Source of the DNA: Candidatus Saccharimonadia bacterium
GTDB taxonomy: Bacteria; Patescibacteriota; Saccharimonadia; UBA4664
Length of the DNA stretch: 64,000 bases
Assembly (NCBI GenBank): GCA_035544015.1
Contig: DATKIP010000076.1
Span: 256,299 to 320,298, forward strand
Direction of reading: 5' to 3'
The position numbers were made by a program, and so were the translations under genes. A model generated the notes under the pieces. That model ran no database searches. It had not been told where the DNA came from and saw only the letters and a program-made list of their open reading frames with translations. This document shows, piece by piece, positions 1-9,957 of this stretch. Within the stretch, counting starts at the first letter, position 1; the number at the start of each line of letters is the position of its first letter.

Positions 1-130
1 TTTGCAGCGCTGCGCTGCCGATGCTGTCAGTTTTTTGCGCACCATCATCGGCATGGGTAATCAGCAAGTAATCATTCAATATCGCCGCCCAAGCGTCAAC
101 GTCACCTCCCGGAACGGGTAATCTTGCCAT
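1..130 (-). CDS. N-terminal part (runs off the window) of a fourth MARLPxPGGD-tagged paralogue
   Basis: Not in the ORF track. Manual translation from ATG at 130 gives MARLPVPGGDVDAWAAILNDYLLITHADDGAQKTDSIGSAALQ..., preceded by SD GGAGGG. Same N-terminus as the three upstream genes. Confidence 0.85.
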   Translation of the reverse strand, partial: MARLPVPGGDVDAWAAILNDYLLITHADDGAQKTDSIGSAALQ

Positions 131-184
131 AATCCCTCCACTTTCTTGTACTAACGACTATCGCGCGTTGGTCTTAACTACCCA

Positions 185-2224
185 TTAAGCCGTTACCGTA
201 TAGTCAAAATTGAGGACCAAACCTGGCAGGAGCGCCGATCGCGTCGAAACCGTAAAGGCACTAGCGCTTCGCGCCGATACGTAGAGATCACCCGAAGTTA
301 CCGAGTGATCGTACAAAATGATGGCCAACGGCGCCGCCGCGTACGGCCGCGAAAACGTCACAGTGGCGATTGTGCCAGGCGCAGTCGGCACGGGTCGGAC
401 GGTAGCCGTAATGTTGCCGGCCACGTCTCGCACCTGTACGCGGGGACTGGCGCTGTTGGCTTGATTGCCGGGCGAAACCCGCGGCGGCGTCCCTACCGCC
501 ACCGGCCGGCCGTTCGAGTCAAAAGCCTGGCCTTGGATGTTGTACGTCTCATCTTGAAATTCCAGCAGGCGGTTAAAGGAAGTGCTCGATGGCCTCACGA
601 CAGCAATACCACGGTCGTCACCGGCCGCCGCCCGCACGAGCATGGCTATACCGGTGAAGGGCGTCGCGTTAATTCCCACATAGCCCTTTGTGCCCTCTAT
701 CTGGAACTTTCCGCCGGCAAATCGCGCTGCTCCCGTAGGCCCTACAATCCGCCACTTTTCCGCCGCATAGCTGTCAGAAAACCCAGCCAGGTCAAGCCCA
801 TTTACCGCATTTAGAGCTGGCCGCGTGCCAGTATTGTCGAGCTTTAGCAGGTCCTTGTGAATAACATTAGAAGTAATCTTAAACACACCCGATGCATCAA
901 GTGGCAAAGTCAGCCCTCGGCTCGCACTTGAGATCGTCACTGAGGACACATCACCAACCGTCGGCTTGCCGCGGTTGATCACCGTACTCGATACAATTAC
1001 ATCTTCGGCTTCAGGCTCTGCAATAACCGCCGCCTCCGTTGGGTCCTCTGCCGGGAAGAACGTATCAAGCTTGTAGTACATATGCGGGCCGCTGCGATAA
1101 ATATGTACCAAAGACCGGGCAATGCTCAGCTCGGCACCCCATTGTATATACACGTCCGTCATAAATACGTGCGAGCCGTGATCCTCGATCGCGTCCAGCG
1201 GTTTTACCAGATCCGGATCCACCGCCATCATGGCGATATAGAGCTGGTTCACAAATACAATTGTGGTCCCCTCCATGATCTGGAAAGCCGGCCCCGCAGC
1301 ATGGCGGCTTTCCATTTTACACGACACCAAAAATATCCCGTTCAACAGATTGGGCGACCCATTAGCTCCGCCGTCGAGCTTTAGAGCGCCATTTCGCCAG
1401 CCTTCCCAGCGGCAGCCCAAAAAATGAATCTGGTTCGTATTATCAACCCCAAAGCCAAATACCCCCGAGGGCATAGTGTTGCGCAAGAGCACGGCCGGGT
1501 CGCTCAGGGAGCCGCACTCCTCCCAGCTGCTGCTGAAAAATCGCGTGTCCCACACCTCCACGAAGTCCATAGAAAGCCCGTCGCAGTTAATGAAGCTCAC
1601 GTCGCGGTACACGAAGTTGTCGGCAAAGATCGATCTCAGCAGCACCCCCGGCTGGTAGTTGCCGCTCAAGGTAATGCTCAGAAGCGAACCGTACTTAATG
1701 TGGCCGTCAAGCGTCGCGGTGCCACTAAACTCAATCAGTGGGTCGGCGCCGCTATGCCGCACGAGTCGTGTACCCCAGCGCGCTTCGCCGGTGATGGTGA
1801 TGCCGTTCTTCTTAACTTTGAGCCCGCGCACAAGATAGGTACCGCGGGGAATATGCACCACACCGCCATTGGCCGCGTAGTTAATAGCAGCCTGTATCGC
1901 AGCGGTATCATCAGCGACACCATCTCCTTTCGCGCCAAAGCTAAGCACGTTGATCTGCAGTCTATCGAGCGGCACCTTCGTCGTATCGCGCAAAACCTCG
2001 CCAACCTTCCGCCAGACGAGTCGCGTATTGTCGTTGGTGAGCACGAGATTTGTGAGCATTTGATCTGCCGGATTTTTAACGTCGAGATCATGAAGCTCTA
2101 CCGAATGAGCCGGAATACTTTCTACGCGCTGCGATCCGTCCGGATTGTGCGATACCAGCAAGTATTCATTTAACACTCCCGCCCAGGCATCAACATCGCC
2201 TCCGGGTATCGGTAATCTGGCCAT
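185..2224 (-). CDS. Pectate_lyase_3/GH55-like right-handed beta-helix protein, tailspike-like architecture
   Basis: INVLSFGAKGDGVADDTAAIQAAI...VHIPRGTY motif. Start moved to MARLPIPGG (2224) behind SD AAGGAG. No signal peptide. Confidence 0.85.
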   Translation of the reverse strand: MARLPIPGGDVDAWAGVLNEYLLVSHNPDGSQRVESIPAHSVELHDLDVKNPADQMLTNLVLTNDNTRLVWRKVGEVLRDTTKVPLDRLQINVLSFGAKGDGVADDTAAIQAAINYAANGGVVHIPRGTYLVRGLKVKKNGITITGEARWGTRLVRHSGADPLIEFSGTATLDGHIKYGSLLSITLSGNYQPGVLLRSIFADNFVYRDVSFINCDGLSMDFVEVWDTRFFSSSWEECGSLSDPAVLLRNTMPSGVFGFGVDNTNQIHFLGCRWEGWRNGALKLDGGANGSPNLLNGIFLVSCKMESRHAAGPAFQIMEGTTIVFVNQLYIAMMAVDPDLVKPLDAIEDHGSHVFMTDVYIQWGAELSIARSLVHIYRSGPHMYYKLDTFFPAEDPTEAAVIAEPEAEDVIVSSTVINRGKPTVGDVSSVTISSASRGLTLPLDASGVFKITSNVIHKDLLKLDNTGTRPALNAVNGLDLAGFSDSYAAEKWRIVGPTGAARFAGGKFQIEGTKGYVGINATPFTGIAMLVRAAAGDDRGIAVVRPSSTSFNRLLEFQDETYNIQGQAFDSNGRPVAVGTPPRVSPGNQANSASPRVQVRDVAGNITATVRPVPTAPGTIATVTFSRPYAAAPLAIILYDHSVTSGDLYVSARSASAFTVSTRSALLPGLVLNFDYTVTA

Positions 2225-2304
2225 AGTAATGAAATCTCCTTTTGGCTTCATTAATACCAAAGAAGAATGAACTGTTTATTAATTAAGTACCGGTTTCAAT
2301 ATGG

Positions 2305-4317
2305 TTAGGCAACCACGAGATATTCAAAATTGAGCAACGATCCGCCCGCCAGCGCGTTGCGCGTGGACACCGTAAATCCGGCGGTGCTGCGCGCCGACAC
2401 GTACAGATTGGCGGCTACGGCCGAGTGGTCGGTGAGCATAATCGTCAGCGGTGCCACGGCGTACGGCCTCGAAAACGTCACCGTGGCAATGGCGCCGGGC
2501 GCGGTGGGGGAGGGGCGCACCGCGGCCACGATATTGCCCGCCACATCGCGCACCTGCACCCCCGGGTTAGCGTAGCTCACCTGCGCGCCGGGCGTCACGT
2601 GCGGGGGCGTGCCTACCACCACGGGCCGGCCGTTAGAATCAATCGACAAGCCTTGAATAGCGAAGGCCTCGTCCTGAAACTCCAGCAACCGGTTGGTGGC
2701 CGTGCTCGTAGGCCGCACGATGGCCAGACCCCGGTCGCCCTCGACCGCCGCCTTGATGAGCATGGCAATCCCCGTAAACGGCGTAGCATTAATGCCCACG
2801 TAACCTTTGGTGGCCTCAATCTGGAACTTCCCTCCCGCGAACCGCGCCGCGCCCGTAGCCCCGATAATCCGCCATTTTTCAGTCGTGAAGGCATCGGAGT
2901 AGCCCACCACATCCACCGCATTCACTGCTTGCAGCGCCGGCCGGGTGGGGTTATCGTCGATTTTTACCAGGGTATTGCCCGTAGTTTGATCCGTCACCCG
3001 AAACGAGCCCGGATACAGCAGTGGAACGTTAAGGCCGGTCATCGGGCTGCTGCCGAGTACTTGGCTAAAGTTGCCCAGCCCATCGGTGCTGCTATCCGTA
3101 TTTGACCACAGCGTGGTGACCGTCACGTCTACCACCCCGGGCTCCACCCAAATGGTGGCATGCGAAGGAACGCCAGTGGTGTAAAACGTCGTGATTTCCT
3201 GATACATATGGGGAGCGTTGCCGATAATATGTGCCACCGAGCTGGCGATGCCCGGTACATCTCCCCAGTGCACAAACACGTCCGACATAAAGATATGCGA
3301 AGCGTTATCCAGTATCACATCGATGGGCGTGGAGTAGCCTGCGTCAAAGCCGGTAACGGCCACATACAATTGGTTCACAAAGATAACCGTGGAATTTTCC
3401 AGCGCCTGAATGAACGGCCCGGCGGCCACGAGCGTTTCCATTTTGCACGAGACGAAGAAAATACCATTGAGCAATTCCGTGGAGCCACCAAAGGTTCCGT
3501 CCAGCCGGACCGCACCGTTGCGAAAACCCTCCCAGCGGCAGCAAGTGAAGTAGATCTGGTTGGTGTTATCGTCGCTGAAGCCAAACGTACCGGGCTCCGT
3601 GCTATTGCGCAGCAGCGTGCAGGCCTCGGTAGCCGAGCCACAATCTTCCCACGCACACTCGATAAACCGCGTATCCCAGACCTCCACAAAATCGATAGCC
3701 GCTCCCACGCAATGAATGAAATTTATCTGCCCATACAAGCAGGTGTCGGCATAATACGACCGCAGCAATGGCCCGGACATGAAGTTGCCGCTAAGCATGA
3801 TGTTGTTGATGGAGGCGTAGCGGATGTGGCCGATTTTGGTGCCCGATCCGCTAATGGTAATGAGCGGAGCGTTGCCGCTCTTGCGCACAATCCGCGTCGC
3901 CCAGCGGCCATCGCCCAAGATGTTGGTGCCTTTATTGCGCAGGACGAGGCCGGTGACCATATAGACGCCCCGGGGCAAAAAGATGGTGCCGCCGTTGACG
4001 GCCGCATCGATGGCCGATTGGATGGCCGCCGTGTCGTCGGTGGCGCCGTCGCCCTTGGCGCCGTAATTGCTCACATCCAACACCGTATCGGCCCGCCACT
4101 TCAGATTGACTCCGTCGTTCGATAGCACAAAATTGCCGATAGCTTGCCCGGCGGGGTTGATCGTTTTCAGATCCCCCAGCCCCACTGTCGCCGCCGCCAA
4201 CGTGCTCACCGCCTCCGCCCGCGGCGTCCCATCCGGATTGTGCGCCACCAACAAAAAATCATTTAATACTTTAGCCCAAACGTCGTGATCGCCGCCTGGC
4301 TTGGGAAGCCGTGCCAT
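2305..4317 (-). CDS. Pectate_lyase_3/GH55-like beta-helix protein (paralogue 2)
   Basis: LDVSNYGAKGDGATDDTAAIQSAI motif. SD AGGAG. Colinear with neighbours over 670 aa. Confidence 0.85.
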   Translation of the reverse strand: MARLPKPGGDHDVWAKVLNDFLLVAHNPDGTPRAEAVSTLAAATVGLGDLKTINPAGQAIGNFVLSNDGVNLKWRADTVLDVSNYGAKGDGATDDTAAIQSAIDAAVNGGTIFLPRGVYMVTGLVLRNKGTNILGDGRWATRIVRKSGNAPLITISGSGTKIGHIRYASINNIMLSGNFMSGPLLRSYYADTCLYGQINFIHCVGAAIDFVEVWDTRFIECAWEDCGSATEACTLLRNSTEPGTFGFSDDNTNQIYFTCCRWEGFRNGAVRLDGTFGGSTELLNGIFFVSCKMETLVAAGPFIQALENSTVIFVNQLYVAVTGFDAGYSTPIDVILDNASHIFMSDVFVHWGDVPGIASSVAHIIGNAPHMYQEITTFYTTGVPSHATIWVEPGVVDVTVTTLWSNTDSSTDGLGNFSQVLGSSPMTGLNVPLLYPGSFRVTDQTTGNTLVKIDDNPTRPALQAVNAVDVVGYSDAFTTEKWRIIGATGAARFAGGKFQIEATKGYVGINATPFTGIAMLIKAAVEGDRGLAIVRPTSTATNRLLEFQDEAFAIQGLSIDSNGRPVVVGTPPHVTPGAQVSYANPGVQVRDVAGNIVAAVRPSPTAPGAIATVTFSRPYAVAPLTIMLTDHSAVAANLYVSARSTAGFTVSTRNALAGGSLLNFEYLVVA

Positions 4318-4337
4318 ATCTATACTCCTATTATTAA

Positions 4338-6350
4338 TTAAGCTGCTACGGTGTAGTCAAAGTTCAGAATCGAGCCTCCGGGTAGGGGTGAGCGTGTCGA
4401 TACTACAAAGCTGCTGCCGCTGCGGGCCGAAACGTACAAGTCCGCGGCAATGGCCGAGTGGTCGTTGATGGCGATAGAGAGCGGAGCAGCGGCGTAAGGC
4501 TTGGAAAAGGTAATCCGCACAATGGTGCCTGGTGCCGTGGGGCTCGGCTTCACGGCCGCCGTGATGTTGCCGGCAATGTCGCGCACCTGATCGCGCGGGT
4601 TGGCGTAGCTCACTTGAGCACCGGCCGTCACCGTCGCCGGAGTGCCCACAGCCACCGGGCGGCCACTGAAGTCGAAGGCCTGCCCCTGGAGCGTGTTGGT
4701 TTCATCCTGAAACTCCAAGAGCCTACCGACCGCCGCACTGGTGGGCCGCACAATCGCCAGCCCCCGGTCGCCGGCCGCCGCGGCTTTCACGAGCATGGCA
4801 ATCCCCGTAAACGGCATAGCATTGATCCCCACATAGCCTTTGGTAGGCTCAATCTGAAACTTCCCGCCCGCAAACCGCGCCCCGCCCGTGGCACCGATAA
4901 TCCGCCATTTTTCGGTGGTGAAGGTGTCGGAGTAGCCGATCAAGTCCACGCCGTTCCCCGCCTGCAGCGCCGGCCGGGTAGTATTCGCATTAACTTTTAT
5001 CAGTGCGCGGTCTGTGACCTGGTCGGTAATCTGAAAGGCGCCCGGATACTCCAGCGGCACGTTCAGGCCGGTCATCGGGCTGCTGCCCACCACTTGGCTG
5101 AAGTCGCCCAAGCCGTCGGTGCTAGTAGGCGCATTCGACCACAGCCTCGTAATCGTCACATCGGAGGCGGCCGTCTCGGTCCAGATTGTAGCGTGCGAAG
5201 GAACGCCGGTGGTATAGAAGGTGGTGACGCTCTGATACATATGCGGCGAGTTGCTCATAATGTGTGCCACCGAGCTCGCGATACCCGGCACATCCCCCCA
5301 GTGCACAAAGATATTCGACATAAAGATATGCGAAGCGTTGTCCTGGATCACGTCAATGGGCGTGGAGTAGCCCGCATCAAAGCCGGTGACAGCCACATAG
5401 AGCTGGTTTACGAATACCACCGTCGTATTATCGGTCGTCTGAATGAAGGGCCCAGCCGCCACAATCGACTCCATCTTGCACGACACAATGAAGACTCCGT
5501 TGAGCATCTCCGTGGAACCGCCAAAGGTCCCGTCCATCCGAATCGCGCCGTTGCGAAAACCCTCCCAGCGGCAAGAGCTAAAGTAAATTTGGTTAGTATT
5601 ATCCCTGCTGAAGCCAAAATTTCCCGGAGCCGTGCTATTGCGCAGTAAGACACAGGCCTCAGTCGCCGAACCGCAGTCTTCCCAGGCGCACTCCAGGAAG
5701 CGCGTATCCCAGACCTCCACAAAGTCGATAGCCCGGCCGACCGTGTGAATGAAATTTATCTGCCCAAATAAACACGTATCAGCATAATACGACTGCACCA
5801 ATGTGCCGGGCATAAAGTTGCCGCTGAGCATGATGTTGTTGATGGACGCATATCGCAAATGCCCAATCTTGCTGCCCGACCCGTTCATCGTAATCAGCGG
5901 AGCGTTGCCGCTGAGCCGCACAATCCGCGTCGCCCAACGGCCGTCGCCGAGGATATTGGTGCCTTTGTTACGCAGGACGAGGCCGGTGACCATATAGACC
6001 CCGCGTGGCAAAAACACCGTGCCGCCGTTGATAGCTGCGTCGATGGCCGATTGGATAGCGGCCGTGTCGTCGTGGATGCCGTCGCCGACGGCGCCATAGT
6101 TCGTCACATCCAGCACCGTCGCGGCCTTCCACTTCAGGTTGATCCCGTCATTCGACAGCACAAAGTTCCCGATCGCCTGTCCCGCCGGATTGCTTGTTTT
6201 CAGATCCGCCAACCCCACCGTAGCCGCGGCCAGCGTGCTCACTGCCTCCGTGCGCGGTGTGCCGTCCGGATTGTGCGCCACCAAGAGAAAATCGTTTAAT
6301 ACTTTGGCCCAAACATCGTGATCGCCGCCTGGCTTGGGAAGCCGTGCCAT
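4338..6350 (-). CDS. Pectate_lyase_3/GH55-like beta-helix protein (paralogue 3)
   Basis: LDVTNYGAVGDGIHDDTAAIQSAI motif. Same length as paralogue 2 and closely similar to it. Confidence 0.85.
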   Translation of the reverse strand: MARLPKPGGDHDVWAKVLNDFLLVAHNPDGTPRTEAVSTLAAATVGLADLKTSNPAGQAIGNFVLSNDGINLKWKAATVLDVTNYGAVGDGIHDDTAAIQSAIDAAINGGTVFLPRGVYMVTGLVLRNKGTNILGDGRWATRIVRLSGNAPLITMNGSGSKIGHLRYASINNIMLSGNFMPGTLVQSYYADTCLFGQINFIHTVGRAIDFVEVWDTRFLECAWEDCGSATEACVLLRNSTAPGNFGFSRDNTNQIYFSSCRWEGFRNGAIRMDGTFGGSTEMLNGVFIVSCKMESIVAAGPFIQTTDNTTVVFVNQLYVAVTGFDAGYSTPIDVIQDNASHIFMSNIFVHWGDVPGIASSVAHIMSNSPHMYQSVTTFYTTGVPSHATIWTETAASDVTITRLWSNAPTSTDGLGDFSQVVGSSPMTGLNVPLEYPGAFQITDQVTDRALIKVNANTTRPALQAGNGVDLIGYSDTFTTEKWRIIGATGGARFAGGKFQIEPTKGYVGINAMPFTGIAMLVKAAAAGDRGLAIVRPTSAAVGRLLEFQDETNTLQGQAFDFSGRPVAVGTPATVTAGAQVSYANPRDQVRDIAGNITAAVKPSPTAPGTIVRITFSKPYAAAPLSIAINDHSAIAADLYVSARSGSSFVVSTRSPLPGGSILNFDYTVAA

Positions 6351-6352
6351 AT

Positions 6353-7633
6353 CTATACTCCTAAGCGTTTATTATTAATTCCCATCAAGCAGAGTCCACC
6401 CACGCCGCACGCCGCCACGTTACCAAGCGCCCAGGCCCAGCCCACCGTCAGGAGTCCCCCGTGGGGCACCCAGAGAAAACTCAAGCCCAAAATCACCCCC
6501 GCGTAGGTCACATTCATCGCTACCACCCCGCGCAGGTTCTTAGTGACCTTGAAGATCGCCCCCAGAGCCGAATACACCGCCACCGGCAGCGCACTGAGGG
6601 CAAAGATTTGCAACAGTGCACCCGCCTGCGCTGCATACGCCCGGCCGAATACCCCCAGCAGCCACCCGCTCAGCGCCGCCACCACGAGCGCCGCCGGCAC
6701 CAGCGTCACGCCGATCATGCGCGCGGCTTTGGTCACATGCGCCCGGATGGCCGTCTCGTCGTGCGAACCTTCCGCAAACACCGACTGCATCGACGCATAG
6801 GCGATGGTGTAGAGCACCCCCGCGATAGTAAAAGCCATGTAGTAGAAGGCCGCCGGCTCCGGACCCAGCTGATGAATAATAATCAGCGGCAAGACGGTCG
6901 GCGGAATCAAATTCAAAACGCTCGAGAAATAAACCGAAACCGAAAATTTCCGTACCACCCGCAGCGCGTCCACATCCAGCCGAGGGGAAAATCGGTAGCC
7001 AAACCGGTGGTACATCCAAGCGACGCTCAAAACCAACCCCAGCAGCTGAGCCAGGCCCGCCAGCACAAAAATCCCCATGGCGCCGCCGTTCACCACTACG
7101 AGGGGTAGCATCACCTTAAACGCGCTAAACGTCGCATTAATCGCAAAAATATATCGAGCTTCTTTGTAAGCCAAAAACACCGCATTGGTCAGCACATTCA
7201 GCGACGTCACGACCGTGAAAAACACAAATCCCACCAGTGCCCAGCCGCTCCCGAGCATCGAAAGCTGGGGCGATATGCGCGGCAACACCAGCGCCAGAGC
7301 TAGGGCCAGCCCGGCGCTCGCGAGGGTCACAATGATAAACCCACTGTTGATGTAGTCATTCTTGTGCTCCGATCGCGGCAAAAAGCGCACAAACGTCGTG
7401 TCAAAGCCCCCCAGCCCCAAAAGCGAAAGCAATCCCGATACCGAAAGCAGCGTCGTTGCCAGCCCCACGGCAGCCGTATCGTGCGTACGAGCCACCACCA
7501 CCCAAAACCCCAGCCCCGCCGCCGCTACCACGAAGGTCGAGAGCATGAGATAGAAAGCATTCACCACTAAGCTGCTGGCACGTAGGGCCTGCAGCCGTAC
7601 CGATATCGGCGTCAGCCAAACCGCCGTCGTCAC
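6353..7633 (-). CDS. Wzx-like oligosaccharide flippase (polysaccharide biosynthesis/MOP family)
   Basis: About 12 hydrophobic segments, GFDTTFVRFLP motif, located in a glycosyltransferase operon. Confidence 0.8.
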   Translation of the reverse strand: MTTAVWLTPISVRLQALRASSLVVNAFYLMLSTFVVAAAGLGFWVVVARTHDTAAVGLATTLLSVSGLLSLLGLGGFDTTFVRFLPRSEHKNDYINSGFIIVTLASAGLALALALVLPRISPQLSMLGSGWALVGFVFFTVVTSLNVLTNAVFLAYKEARYIFAINATFSAFKVMLPLVVVNGGAMGIFVLAGLAQLLGLVLSVAWMYHRFGYRFSPRLDVDALRVVRKFSVSVYFSSVLNLIPPTVLPLIIIHQLGPEPAAFYYMAFTIAGVLYTIAYASMQSVFAEGSHDETAIRAHVTKAARMIGVTLVPAALVVAALSGWLLGVFGRAYAAQAGALLQIFALSALPVAVYSALGAIFKVTKNLRGVVAMNVTYAGVILGLSFLWVPHGGLLTVGWAWALGNVAACGVGGLCLMGINNKRLGV

Positions 7634-9957
7634 TGGTACACTCGCGTAGACGAAGTGCTGTAAATTTGGTTTTTAGTCGTATCGTAATAGCCAACCGGGA
7701 AAGTCATTACGAGTGGGCTGCTTTCGTAATACGCATAAAACTTCTGTGACACAATCTGGGCGTAATCCAGATAGACGTAGCTCTTAGGCTTAAGCTGGGA
7801 TGGCAAAATGCCCGTGTGGCCAAAAGGATATTCCGGATCGTGCATAACCGCGCGGTTGAAGTTTGCGGCTCGCACGTCACCCCCCTTCGGGACGTGTGTC
7901 TTGAGCCACACAAATGACTCATAATCCGCCGCCGATGAGTAATACAAGCCAAAATACAGACCCCGATTATTCAGGCTCAGTGACGGACTCGTTCCCCCCA
8001 GCATCTGGGCAAACATGCCCGTAAAAAGAAAAAACAAGCCCACCACCCCTATCGTGGCAATGCTCGTGCGCATCCAGGCACGAAGCGGTCTGTGTAGCTG
8101 AGCCAGCAGGAGCGTGATCGGTAAGACCAGAAAAATAAGCGCCTGCTGAAATGCCCGCAAAACCCCATAATTCACTGATAAAACCGGCAATACCACCATG
8201 AGGGCCAGCAGCACAATACCGGCCATACTCAGGCAAATAAAATCAATCGTAAGTGTGTCGGGCCGTTTCCGAAAGAGCGTATCAATGCCCAGCGCATCCG
8301 GCCGCTTCCGTAGCAAGACATACACCGCGTAGAGCACACCGGCCAAAGCCAGCAGCTGCAGAAATTTGGCAAAATTCTGGCGCAGCGTAGTAATGATCGA
8401 CGGATTCAGGCCCATCGATTGAGCTTTTTTGCCTAGCCACGTCAGCGGCAGGTCGTCGCTCGTAAGCAAAGGCATGGGCTCCGCCGGACCCGCCTCATGT
8501 GCAGCCGCACCACCCTGGGAAGTCTTGATGTAGGTTTGGTACAAATCCACCACCGACTTGCTGCCCGAAAAAACCAGCGCCACGGAGGTATCCGAAGATT
8601 TATTGTCTTCCGTCATCAACTTAGGAATGTTGGCGATCGAACTGCGAATCGTCGTCAGAAGCCCATTCGAGGTAGCGGTAATTTGCGTATACCAGATAAA
8701 CGTCATCAGCAATATCAGCCCCGCGTATAGCGGCGATACCACGCTGCGGGGAGTGCGGTACTGCGGCGACCGGCGCTTCTGCCACCACCCGACCACGTAC
8801 TTGCACACCACCGCCCCCGCAAACAACGCCACAAACATGTAGGCCGTCGAGTAGTGCGACAGCACCGCTCCCAGGGCGCACAGCAAAAACAGCCGCCGAT
8901 ATCTTTTCTTCTGAGTTTTATTCGATATCACGAGCAACGCCAGCGCAAAAAAGAGGTAGGCCACGCCCTGGCGAGTCAACATGGCCGAATCATTCACAAA
9001 CGTGGGGTAGGAAATAAACAGCATGCATCCCGCCAGGGCGCCGAGACGCGACACATATTGCCGCAGCAGCACATACAACACTGCCGGGCAGGCCGCGAAG
9101 ACAATTTGCAAAATAAGCTTAAATACCAACAGGCCCGATACGCCGAGCAGCTTCGCAAACATCTCCGGCAAGATAGTGATGCTCAAGCAAGCGTTGTAGG
9201 GATCGCGGTTGAGGCCAATGTCCCACCGTCCGTTCAGGTGAGCCAGCGTGTATACCCGAAACTCACGCTCAATATCGTGCCCCAAAATATCCCACCCGCG
9301 AAGCGAAGTCATGAGCAATATGCTTAGACCCATCACGAAAATAAACCATGCCAGCAGCCCATCGGGCAGACGTCGCCGCAATACAAACGCATAAACGATC
9401 AAAATGGCCGCGTAGCCCAACGTGGCCTGCGCTACGAGCGCGTCGCCGCCATTATTGAGCCGAATGGCGCCCAAAGCCGCCAGACCCGGAAGCAGCAGCG
9501 TGAGGAACCCAAACATCCATGCCAGGTTCGATACCCCCGCCAGCGACCATCGTCGCAGCTTGGCCGGCTGCGGGTTGGTGAAAACACCCGCCACAATAAT
9601 CGCGGCCGTTACCAGCGTCCAGATGATAGCAATGCCCGGGAGTTCGAGCGGCCGGCTGATGCCGACCATCATCAGGGCTTGGTTCGTCACCAATCCACTC
9701 ACCATCAACACGAGCACGCTGAGGCCAAAACTATACAGCACGCCGGCCGAGATCGTTTTGAGCGTAATGCGCAACGCTCGCAGCAATGCCACCCCCGGCA
9801 GAAATACCAAACTCACAAACAGCCCGACCCGAAGCGGCCACCATCCCGCGCTATCAACGAGCCAAATCAGCACATCCGTAACCAACAGCCAGCCCAAAAG
9901 CTCGGCCGCGGTCTTGTTGGTACTAATCTCCCAGAATTTCTTCATAGAGATCTTCAT
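7630..9957 (-). CDS. DUF2206-like polytopic membrane protein (possible GT-C transferase/polymerase)
   Basis: 775 aa, many TM segments, GHDIEREF...YNACLSITILP and SHYSTAY motifs as recalled for DUF2206 proteins. Confidence 0.65.
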   Translation of the reverse strand: MKISMKKFWEISTNKTAAELLGWLLVTDVLIWLVDSAGWWPLRVGLFVSLVFLPGVALLRALRITLKTISAGVLYSFGLSVLVLMVSGLVTNQALMMVGISRPLELPGIAIIWTLVTAAIIVAGVFTNPQPAKLRRWSLAGVSNLAWMFGFLTLLLPGLAALGAIRLNNGGDALVAQATLGYAAILIVYAFVLRRRLPDGLLAWFIFVMGLSILLMTSLRGWDILGHDIEREFRVYTLAHLNGRWDIGLNRDPYNACLSITILPEMFAKLLGVSGLLVFKLILQIVFAACPAVLYVLLRQYVSRLGALAGCMLFISYPTFVNDSAMLTRQGVAYLFFALALLVISNKTQKKRYRRLFLLCALGAVLSHYSTAYMFVALFAGAVVCKYVVGWWQKRRSPQYRTPRSVVSPLYAGLILLMTFIWYTQITATSNGLLTTIRSSIANIPKLMTEDNKSSDTSVALVFSGSKSVVDLYQTYIKTSQGGAAAHEAGPAEPMPLLTSDDLPLTWLGKKAQSMGLNPSIITTLRQNFAKFLQLLALAGVLYAVYVLLRKRPDALGIDTLFRKRPDTLTIDFICLSMAGIVLLALMVVLPVLSVNYGVLRAFQQALIFLVLPITLLLAQLHRPLRAWMRTSIATIGVVGLFFLFTGMFAQMLGGTSPSLSLNNRGLYFGLYYSSAADYESFVWLKTHVPKGGDVRAANFNRAVMHDPEYPFGHTGILPSQLKPKSYVYLDYAQIVSQKFYAYYESSPLVMTFPVGYYDTTKNQIYSTSSTRVYQ

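Noticed and set aside
1-6350. Prophage tail module
   Set aside because: No capsid, terminase, baseplate, lysis or integrase genes in the window. The genes continue a glycosyltransferase operon.
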